This document shows positions 10,871 through 20,335 of a stretch of DNA of 64,000 nucleotides, in pieces (the first letter of the stretch is position 1; each line of letters opens with the position of its first letter). Source of the stretch: Guillardia theta CCMP2712 (taxonomy: Eukaryota; Protista; Cryptophyta); the NCBI RefSeq assembly GCF_000315625.1, contig NW_005434655.1, forward strand, positions 742,807 through 806,806, written 5' to 3'. The translations under genes and the position numbers were made by a program. A model generated the notes under the pieces. That model saw only the letters and a list, made by a program, of their open reading frames with translations. It had not been told where the DNA came from and searched no databases.

Positions 10871-13537
10871 ATGTTTCTACCAATTCATGCAAAAGAACCC
10901 TCTCTCAAGAAACGCAGAACATCACATTCTATAAAACTTTCTGGATCTTCTCTAGATTACATTGAGACGCTTGCATCGAAAGCGAAATGCGTTTTTGGGA
11001 GGAGGAGCAAGCGTTGTGGTGAGCCAGATGTTACTTCTTTCTTGAAAGGGTTGGGTAAAGATGGTACAAAATCGATTCCTCTTGTGAATCCTTCGTTCCA
11101 TGATGTATGGGAAGAGGTCAGGGCAATTTTGAACTTGCCAGCAGATTTGAATCCCAAGTTTTTCAGCGAGATCACCGACCTTGAAGCTCGCCTGCAATTC
11201 ATAAAGAAGTTTCAAGAGTATGCCTCTCCCGTGCTTGACCTTCTTATGCAAATCGTTGTATCCATATTCGACTTATTAGGTAAAACGCATGAGGAGCATT
11301 TGAAATTTTTAGCTTACCTCTTTATCGACGTTGACACGTTATTGGAGGAGGCAAAGGCGGCAAAGGTAAACCTTGATTGCAATGGTACCCCTGAAAATGG
11401 TGCTCCTCAAAATGACAGTTGCAATCGTGCTGATGAAAATGTCACCAGAAACTGTCAGAATTTAAGTGGCAATGGGTCTTCTGAAATCCTCCATGATAAT
11501 GCAGAAAAAGAAAACGACTGTGTCAATGGAAACAAAGAAAATGCTGGAAACAATGGTAGTGGGTCGAAAACCTTCAAGGGGAGAAGTACGAAAACGAACA
11601 AGTATTCCCCCGAGAAAATAATGGTTGGGCTTGTCAAGAATAGAATGTTCAGAGACTGCATAACTACACAGATAAGGACCAATCTTCATGTACAAAGGAA
11701 ATTGAAATACATTGCCAGTGCTTTCCTTCCAGATGTTCATGAGGCAGGTTGTCTTCTATTGAAGGCCAACCTGTCTAAACAATCATACAACGTGTTATAC
11801 AGGACGCTCGGACGTACAAAAAGATTGGTTGTATCAATGAAAAAAATTGGACGAGCTAGAGTTATGAAGAAAAGGTGGTTGAAAGATGCATTGAAAGCCT
11901 TCAAGACTGACCAAGGAAGTTACGGAACGGATCTATTGTCATCGCTGAAAATGCAAGTGAAAAAGAAGGGATTTCACAAGAAGAAACGCATCATTGTCAT
12001 TTTCAACACCGATGCCACTGTTCTTGCAAAATCTAGTGGATGTGATACAAAACATACTGAAATTACGTATACTATTATCATCCCAAGAGATGAATGTGAC
12101 CCAGATGAATGGAATGAAATTGAAGCATGCATCAGATCAGCATTCGATGCTGCAACTCTCATGATTCTGCCAGTCGGCGATAACGCCAAGAACATGAGGT
12201 TTAATTTCTGGGAGCCCTACGAGCCAAAGATCTTGGACTTGATGCAGAATGGTTTGCGGATTGGTGACGATGTCATTGACGTAGAGGTCATGTTCAGGGC
12301 AGATCTTGCAGGTCATTATGGATTGCTTGAGTTTGGAGGTGTGAGTGATGCCTCCGGCAAGTTTTGCATTCACTGTGATGAGACTAAAGAAGCAAAAAAG
12401 GCGGGCAGGTTCATCGTTCTTAAGCAGAAGAAAGAGGAGGAATCAATCACACTTCGACAATTTTGCAAACGATATAAACTGCTTCCATCTGACATTGAAC
12501 TCCTGAATAAGATGCTCAATTGTCTGGCTGAAACCTCAGATATGACACAATCTGGATTCATGGATCCTGCAGACGTTGGAGAAGATGTATTCCAAACATT
12601 CTTTGAACCATGGAACCAGGAAGCGTTGAGAACTTGTTTCCAACACCCAGACAGCTTGATCCCAGATGGTGTAGTGTTGCCTTGCCTCCATTTTTGTCAG
12701 ATTTTGAGAGAGTGCTCTCGTTTGAAAGATGCCAATCTCAGGACAATTAACTTCATTTACTGCATGTTGCATATGAAGCTCCGCTTCGTGAACTTGTTGG
12801 TCAACTACATTTATGAGCTGGCAGCGAATCAGTCGCAAGTGTCAGCTGTGAACAGAATTCTCCAATCGTTTCATGTCAACATGGAGATGAAGGCGAAAGA
12901 TCAACAAAGACAGCTGAATGGCAAGATGTGCAAACGATTCTTGAAAGCTTTCCCTGACCTTATTGCCTTGCTGGTACCCGATGAGGATACACGTGAACAA
13001 TGGAAAGTAGCGATGGATCAATGGACACATGTGCACGACGTACTATCTTGCCAGCACTACGATAAAATTTCGAAATCAGATGCAGAGGAACTGCCGACAC
13101 AAATCAGAAGCTTTTGTGTGAAGATGATCAACTTGGTAGGAGATGCAAAACGACTGCAAAGTTTTTACTTCCACAGTATGATGATCGGGCACATCGGCGA
13201 GCAATTCGAATATCTGTACAAGGAATATGGGATTCCTCTTGGATTGCTTAGCTTGTCGGCGATCGAAAAACGTCATGAAACACTTGGAAGAAGATGTTTT
13301 AAGAAAGCTATTCCGGAGATTAACTTGTTTACAAGTGGCAAGAGCACTAGCATTTTGCAACCTGACACATCCAAGGAAGACTCCAAAGGAGCGCGTGCAT
13401 TTTACACACTGTTCAACCTTCTACTGCACTCGTTTGAGGGGTGTGACGAAAAGGATCAGGGGGATGCGGTGGTGATGCAGGACTTGCAAAGTGCAGTAGC
13501 AGAATTATTCGATGATGAGGATATGAATGACCTGTAA
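10871..13537 (+). CDS. RAG1/Transib/Chapaev-like DDE transposase, 888 aa, intact
   Basis: Ordered motifs FNTD381A, FRAD478L, FC499IHC502, CMLH634MKLR, LNGKMC, YFH768SMMIGH774 and SAIE799KRH follow the order of RAG1 D600, D708, C727/C730, H795, H937/H942 and E962. The ORF is intronless and paralogous to 28350-30692. Confidence 0.75.
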   Translation: MFLPIHAKEPSLKKRRTSHSIKLSGSSLDYIETLASKAKCVFGRRSKRCGEPDVTSFLKGLGKDGTKSIPLVNPSFHDVWEEVRAILNLPADLNPKFFSEITDLEARLQFIKKFQEYASPVLDLLMQIVVSIFDLLGKTHEEHLKFLAYLFIDVDTLLEEAKAAKVNLDCNGTPENGAPQNDSCNRADENVTRNCQNLSGNGSSEILHDNAEKENDCVNGNKENAGNNGSGSKTFKGRSTKTNKYSPEKIMVGLVKNRMFRDCITTQIRTNLHVQRKLKYIASAFLPDVHEAGCLLLKANLSKQSYNVLYRTLGRTKRLVVSMKKIGRARVMKKRWLKDALKAFKTDQGSYGTDLLSSLKMQVKKKGFHKKKRIIVIFNTDATVLAKSSGCDTKHTEITYTIIIPRDECDPDEWNEIEACIRSAFDAATLMILPVGDNAKNMRFNFWEPYEPKILDLMQNGLRIGDDVIDVEVMFRADLAGHYGLLEFGGVSDASGKFCIHCDETKEAKKAGRFIVLKQKKEEESITLRQFCKRYKLLPSDIELLNKMLNCLAETSDMTQSGFMDPADVGEDVFQTFFEPWNQEALRTCFQHPDSLIPDGVVLPCLHFCQILRECSRLKDANLRTINFIYCMLHMKLRFVNLLVNYIYELAANQSQVSAVNRILQSFHVNMEMKAKDQQRQLNGKMCKRFLKAFPDLIALLVPDEDTREQWKVAMDQWTHVHDVLSCQHYDKISKSDAEELPTQIRSFCVKMINLVGDAKRLQSFYFHSMMIGHIGEQFEYLYKEYGIPLGLLSLSAIEKRHETLGRRCFKKAIPEINLFTSGKSTSILQPDTSKEDSKGARAFYTLFNLLLHSFEGCDEKDQGDAVVMQDLQSAVAELFDDEDMNDL

Positions 13538-13568
13538 ATAGACGATTCTTGAATTTATTGAATGAAAT

Positions 13569-14711
13569 TTAATGTTCTGATTGTGTCTTTGGCCGAGGAT
13601 ATGACCACATGAGTTTGTTTGTGAATCCTAATCTCACAATCTTGGAGAATCTGAACGTGATGGTTGTCTGTGATGTTGAGGATCTGTGTCGAGAAAGTTT
13701 CATTGGCAACATGATATGTAGAGGTCCTTCAAGATAAATGCATCCTCGAGCTGGTCCAAGGAAATAAGGGTTTTCTTTCAAGGGAATATTCAGTTCTTGT
13801 TTGAACAGAGGTGTACAGAGCAAGTTTGAATCTAGAGTCCATGTACACTGCGAGCGCGTCGAAAGACCTGAACACGTTACTTTTGACGTTTCCATCGAAA
13901 AGTGCTTCAAGAAGAACAGTATAGCGCTGAAATCTTGTATAGGAGCATCGAATGCGAGGCGCTTTGCCTTCCTTGGGTTCCAGGTAGTCGATCCTCTTTT
14001 GTCCAACCACTTGTGCAGTTCCTCGCGTAACACACCGAGGACATTGGTAACTTTGAAAAAGTCATAAGCTGATGCAAAATTATCAAAGTACGAGTTGAGC
14101 ATGGTTGAAGATAAGCGAAAGCTCTTAAAGTATTGAATGTGACAACGCTCCTTCCTCTGGACAGTCTCGAAGAAGATCCATCCTACCACACAAACACGCT
14201 GTATCGATGGCGGCCCAAGCGTCAAAGAAATACATGGATACGTCACATTGAAAACTCTGAAAACATCGGATATTGGAACTACATCCGTGTAAGTGCTTTG
14301 AAAACACTCGTGCGGTGACATCCCGTCAAGAAAATTTGTGTTTCTCATCTCATTGTTCATTGAAAGCTTTTCAAAAACTTCTTGAATGGTTGACTTATTG
14401 TACAGAAGGAAAACTTTCAACGAATCACCAATGATATGCGTAATCATCCCAAATCGTTCTTTTCTATCGACATCAAAAAAAGCGACACCAAGAAATGGCT
14501 TAAGCATAATGTCACAGTTCCAAGATTCCATATGAAATTGAAGAGTGTTCTCTTGAGCTGGAGGTATAGAGGCTGATAGAAGAAGCGGGATTTGAACAAT
14601 AGTTGGAACATTTCCAGGCTTCTCGTTAAGTTGGACTCGCCTTTCCCTATTGTCACTGAACCTTCTGCTTGCATCTGCTCGCTCTGCTGCCGTCCTGCGG
14701 ATTCTTGGCAT
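13569..14711 (-). CDS. Convergent partner protein, 380 aa, with a BAH-like N-terminal region and an unknown C-terminal domain
   Basis: Intronless ORF and clear paralog of 27034-28182 (shared WNPRKA.RL.FD and LF..EL.IPLK.NPY.LGPARG.IYLEGPL). ECFQSTYTDVVPISDVFRVFNV resembles the C-terminal motif of BAH domains. Confidence 0.7.
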   Translation of the reverse strand: MPRIRRTAAERADASRRFSDNRERRVQLNEKPGNVPTIVQIPLLLSASIPPAQENTLQFHMESWNCDIMLKPFLGVAFFDVDRKERFGMITHIIGDSLKVFLLYNKSTIQEVFEKLSMNNEMRNTNFLDGMSPHECFQSTYTDVVPISDVFRVFNVTYPCISLTLGPPSIQRVCVVGWIFFETVQRKERCHIQYFKSFRLSSTMLNSYFDNFASAYDFFKVTNVLGVLREELHKWLDKRGSTTWNPRKAKRLAFDAPIQDFSAILFFLKHFSMETSKVTCSGLSTRSQCTWTLDSNLLCTPLFKQELNIPLKENPYFLGPARGCIYLEGPLHIMLPMKLSRHRSSTSQTTITFRFSKIVRLGFTNKLMWSYPRPKTQSEH

Positions 14712-15765
14712 ATTGATTGGATTCAGAGCTAGAGGAGGAGGGGAACTTAAGTTCGTAGTAGCAAGGATGAAAGCAGGGGGTCTCGGAATATATTCGGAAG
14801 GATGGAAGGAAGGAGGAGGAAGAAGGGAAGGAAGGAGAATGCGGAGGGGCGGGGAAGGAAGCGAGCAAGTCTGTTCAAATTATAATATTGTAAGTTACGA
14901 CAAATTGTACCTGATAAACGTTAAGGAAACATGTGAAAAATACTTTTACGAGAGTATTTCAAAACAAGCTCCATTTCTCAATATGAAATTTGAAACTTCG
15001 GTGAAACCAGAAACATGACCCCCCATTTCCCATACACTACCCCCAAGACCCCAACTTCCAGAGAAAGCCCCAGAATGGTGCATGTCACGCCGGCCCGGAT
15101 AGCCGCTGAGTCCAGTTCAGTGACAAAACTCTTCCGACCATACTCCGACGCCCCTTACTATGTGACGCGGACTTCTCATGTCTGGATGCTTCGGTTTCAC
15201 ACGAGTCCGTGTTCCTCCATACAAGTCTAACTTGCCCGGCCGCACTGGCTGGCAGGCCCTTCGGAAGTTCACCAGGCCCGGGCCGGGCCTGGTGAAGGGG
15301 GACTCCCGGAGTCCGGCAAGAGAGTCTGCCCGGCTTGGCCGGCCCCGGGGGGCCCCGCCGGCAAGTTCCCTGGTCGCCGTCACAGGGGCGGCGCCGCGCC
15401 TTCGGAGACTCATCGGCAGCATCTTCATCCGATGAACTTCGGAACCGTCAGTCGGAGTCGGAGGGTGAGCGGCTGCCGGTCTCGTAGCTGCCGCGGTTGC
15501 GGCTGCTGAGCGGCTTGTCCCCGACAACCGTCACCGGGAAGGGTACGGAAGTTCCGTGGCAGTGGCACTAGCCTCCTGTCGCAGCCTGGTCTTACGGCAA
15601 TTCATGGGAGTCCCACCTACAGTACGTACATTGAGTCATTCTCGTTCATACTGTACTATTCACGTATTCAATAGTAATCAACACTTGGTTCACATTATCT
15701 CTATAGCTGACATCACCCTGACTTCGGCCGTGGCAGCAGCGGGTTCACTGTGTGATGCTTTTGCT

Positions 15766-17294
15766 TGATGAAACCTACCACTGCCAGTATCGGAGCCTCT
15801 TGAACCGTTGCCGTCTGCCTCATCCCAGTTCCCATACCCATACAACCCCCTCAGCAACTTAGCTATTCCTTGTCGTATGATGGGTATGTCCTTCTGTCCA
15901 AAGTTGTCGATGCCCTCTCCAGCAGCTACATTGTTGGCGATTACACACAGAAATATTGCACATGATGTGCTATCTTCCTGAATTGGCACCTGCCGATACA
16001 CCATCAGCGTTGCACCTGGTCATATGCAACGTAAGTGAACCTGTCCTTCTCTCATAACTCGCTTCTCGTATGCACCCTCTAAGCTATCGTCTGTCTGCCA
16101 TTTGTAGCGGAGATATTTCAAGAAGCCTGTATGTTTCACACAGGCCAACCCTGTCGTCAGCCATGTGGCTTCACGTTGGTTGTCAGCTTCCACTTACCTT
16201 CAATCTGGTTCAAAACGCCGATACCGGTCATCCCCTTGGGGTCATACAATCTGCATCCCCAAATGCTCGTTACTCGTGGTTGGTGTACAAGTCCCACTTA
16301 CTCCAGTCGTCTTTCTCCCATGTAGGCAATTGCCAAACACCAGTGTCCGGGTTTAAACACGGGAATCAAACATATACCTGTATCCATCTCTTCTCTGCTA
16401 ATGTGTTTCCAATAACGCAAAAGCTCTTCATATCTTCGTCTCGCTGTCACGGTGTTGGATGCAGCACCAGTAGTGTGTAGCAATTCCAGATTGGGATAGA
16501 AATAGGTGGAGACAAAGTCAATTTTCCGATGCTTAATGTGCCTGCTACAACAGTGTCCCGGACGCATTCAGAACTCCATTTGACCAGATGCAGCCAACTC
16601 TCCACCACGTCGCAGCTGATACATTTAGACATATCGCTTACATCCTGAATAGTCGCTTCGGACAGGTTGGGGATAGCATGATTGATAACCTTTCCCCCTA
16701 TGAAGGTCATATCGTTTCCCAGGAATACATCTCTCATATATTTGCATTCATACTCCTCTCGCACGTTCACCACATCATCATTCGTTCCCTTGTCAAACAA
16801 TTGCATATGCTTAATCTTCTTGCTGGGCTTCTTGGCAATCGTCATGATTCTGCGTTGTGTGCCGTTTACCTTGCCAAGTTGTTTTCATTGGGAATCTCCA
16901 CCCCAGGATCTACGCGGTTGCCTTGTTCTCGCGAACCTTGTGATGAGTGAGGATCCGTTTCGCATGACCTGTTGTTATGCCCCACCTTTCCACAGTCCTG
17001 ACACGTTTTCTTGCGATTGCCATGTATGGTGTATAGCTCACTGTAATCGAGATCTTCCGGAGCCGGATCATCCTTCCCGGGTGGCTGATGTCTTACTCGT
17101 CTACGTTGCCCGCGACGCTTAGATGAGGAGTAAAAGTCCGGATCGCCTTTGTTAGGTATCATATGCGCGCCGGGATCCTGCCTCCAGCTTGGGATTTCGC
17201 AGGAGGGGGAGAGAATGGGTTTGTAGGGTTTAAAGGAAACTCGCATGAGAACCGGGAACATGTCCCGGAGTACAGACACTGTCAGCAACTGCAT
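15766..17294 (-). pseudogene. Ulp1/C48 SUMO-protease-like gene preceded by a zinc knuckle; probable MULE-type transposon remnant
   Basis: CQDCGKVGHNNRSC (CCHC knuckle), IPVFKPGHWCLAIA, LE/intron/LYDP and PIQEDSTSCAIF together give the H, D, Q and C catalytic pattern of C48 peptidases. The sequence is fragmented across frames and introns. Confidence 0.6.
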
Positions 17295-18859
17295 CGATGA
17301 ATGTCGTAGTTAGCCAATATGGATGAAATAAACTCTGTTATTCCATGATCATGGTGAGTACTGTACCAAACAGCGATGGCGTGATAGTCCCTTTCGTTAA
17401 ATCTTGACCTCAAGTCGATTCCTCATCATCCAGGGTAATGGTTTGCTTGCTTCGTCTGCAGGAACTTCCTTGCAAAGGTGGGGATGACGAATTTGATAGA
17501 TTTGGTCCTGACATGATTAATCAACGTTTCAATGTTCAAAATCCCAAGTCAAATTGCAAGATCACACTGGCATGTGTCTCAACTTGTGCAGAGGCAACTT
17601 GCCTCTGGGAAAAATTCAATTCCCTGAAATAGGGATGGGTGGGGGACAGCGGGGACTACCCTACCCCCGATTTGTGAAAGCACTAGGTGGGTCCGGTATA
17701 CTGTTAACAGTTAGGTCTCTGGTACAAATTTTAACTGTTAACAGTTAACCGTTTTTCAACGGTTTTCATCTAACTGTTAACCTTTAATCGACAAAGGCCT
17801 CCCCTGGGAATCCCGGACTCCCCGGGGAGTCCCTTTTTCGAGCCCTCATACAGCCCCCTTGGAAGGGCATAAAGGCGGGGAAAATGGCAGGGGAAGGAAG
17901 AGGGGAGGAAGAACTTTCCAACGCTGAAATTCGCGTTGCAAACGACCAACCCGTTGTCGAGATAGGACAGGAGATAACTGTGAAAAGTAAGCATGCCGTT
18001 CACAAACCCATATGCAGCCCCTAGCAAATCTGGTCTTTTTTTTTCTACTTTTTTTGGGGTTCACATGGGGTCCGTATATACACTCCCTGTTGACTACCCC
18101 TTGTTTTCACCGATCAAAGGAGGGGCAGAGAGACTGGACATAAGCGGGGTGGGGTGATTTGAATTCCTCTGGCGTGGAACCCTTCCCCCGCCTTGGTTTT
18201 AGAGGTACTGCAATTTTAGTTTTACCCATCACGTACATGGTAGTATAGATTGTACTGTATGAAGACATATTGGTACAAAAGAGAGGTTTCATGGTACAGA
18301 AGTTCCCCCCTCCACCACCCTACCCCCTTTTTATCTCCTCACAGAGGATATTTGAATCCACAGAGAAATCCCTCAATGCTCACTGTTATGAATACTCACT
18401 GTTATGCGCATCCACCAGTCATTTATGTCGCATGACGTTTCTTCCTCAACAGCATCCCGTCACTGTGCGCTGGAGGAACGGGCTTCCTGGCAGTCTCCTC
18501 TCCATCAGGACTCGTCGGAGATTCTGTTCCTGGAGCCGCCCCTGGTGTTCGGCCTATGCATACTAGAGCGGACAAGTACGTGCAGCCGGGGTGGGAGCTG
18601 GAGAACGCTATCAGGGATGCGACTAGGCTGGCACCAAGAGCTGAGGAGGCTAGTCGTCCTCTTCTACGCTGGCCATGGGATGAAGGCAGGAAGGGCCAAA
18701 GAAGACGACCTGATCCCCTGTGAGGTAGGGACGATGGAGACCGAGGAGGAGGTAGAGGACTACACTGTGACTCTCAGTCTGTTTCCTTGTTGTCATCGAT
18801 GCCTGCAGATACCGGGAGGGTCTGCAGGAGACGGGACGGCTGCTCCCGCAGCAGGCGGC

Positions 18860-19386
18860 CAAAGACGTCCTGCCTCTATCATTCAACTGCTGGTGCCTGA
18901 CAGAGACAAACAGCTTCTTTGGGAGGAAGCTATTTCGAAATTGAAGAGAAGGAAGACGTCAGGGGTGTTGCTTTCAAGTTGCTTTCAAGTCGGACAAGCG
19001 AGACTGCTGCAGTCTTTCTATTTGCACAGCGGCATGATGTCAGGGCATGTGGGCGATCAGTTTGTACATTTCTACGAGAAATATGGCATTCAACTAGCCT
19101 GACTATTGAACATGTCGTGCATCGAGCATCAACATCAACTTCAGGGAAGAGATGCATATCGAGCTGCTGCCATGATCGGGAACAGCTACATTGGACTCGG
19201 AAAAGAAGGAAGCTGCTACTGCATCTAACGGGCAACTTGACCATGTGTGGGATATGCACTGTCCGTGCGGTAGTCACTGATGGACCTTCACGAAATGCAG
19301 ATGACAAGAAGAAATTCAACAATTCGGTTCGAGCACACTTCACTTTGTTGTGGCAGCTCCTTCAAAGTAAATTAATGTCTGAGTAA
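18860..19386 (+). pseudogene. Decayed C-terminal fragment of the RAG1/Chapaev-like transposase
   Basis: QLLVPD..., LQSFYLHSGMMSGHVGDQFVHFYEKYGIQLA*LLNMSCIEHQH and (frameshifted) VRAHFTLLWQLLQS align with the C-terminus of the 888-aa protein. Confidence 0.75.
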
Positions 19387-20096
19387 AGTCGCGTTCAATC
19401 TGGATGCCTCCAAATCTCTGTGTGAAACGTGCACAATCGTACCATTCTCTCGAACTTGAAAGAGATGCATGTGTATTGCGTCCTCTAATTTCGTTTTCAA
19501 TTTCGTTTCAAGGTGACTGTCAGTGCGCCCTCGAAACTTGAAATATAACGAACCTGATCCAGGTTCTATCGTGTAGGGTTCATCCTTGAAAGGCACAGGA
19601 AATTCTCTGTTAATGACAGGATTCTGTAAGAGTGATGTACTGATGGTCCAACTGCACTGGCCTTTTCATCCGGGGTTTCAAGAAGGGCTTCCCACGTTTG
19701 CGAAACCAGTTAACTATACTACCGTAGTCCTAATCTTGTGCAGATCGATGTTGAGACGGAAGAAATCAGTTTGTTTTCTAGTGTTAAAGAAGTTGACATT
19801 CTTCCTTTCCAATTTCGGATGATTCCACTTCGAAATTTCCCATTGACATCAGTAAACCTCACACCATGACATGGTACCAGATTGAATGACATGTCTAAAC
19901 CTTCAACGTGGTGTAGTAATTCAAAGTGCACAGAATGATCGAAGGCATTTGCTGCAAGGAACAACGGTGCCCCTTGGATGTATCTCATGCGAATGAAGAG
20001 GATCAACTTGTTCTCTTGCTCCAATCTCCTCCTTTTGGCAATGCCGAGCGATGAGGCAGCCCTTGACGACGGTGGCCGCCCCGATTGCGCCGCCAT
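19372..20096 (-). pseudogene. Decayed copy of the convergent partner gene
   Basis: AKRRRLEQ..., DMSFNLVPCHGVRFTDVNGKFRSGII and PFKDEPYTIEPGSGSLYF match the 380/382-aa proteins; frameshifted and internally deleted. Confidence 0.7.
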
Positions 20097-20335
20097 TGTC
20101 CGTCAAGGCAAGGACTGAGGATTGCAACTGGTACTGAAAGTAGTACCATAGGGTATGTGTCGGTACCGTACTGTAACTACCGTTAAAATAACTTGTAAAG
20201 AGGATTGTTGAAATCAACTAAAACAAATGGGTACTATGAAGTGGGGTCTCTAACTCGTTTATCAAAATAGCACGCCTAGAAAAAAAAAAGACCCTACCGA
20301 AAAATTTAAGTGCCAAATTAACGAAAGGCCTGAAA

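Noticed and set aside
13569-14711. RAG2-like gene
   Set aside because: Position mimics RAG2L but I see no kelch repeats (GG/W periodicity) and no PHD cysteine pattern
17681-17690. CACTA (EnSpm) terminus
   Set aside because: The left end reads CACTAGG but the right end lacks the reciprocal TAGTG; the match is explained by the ACT duplication
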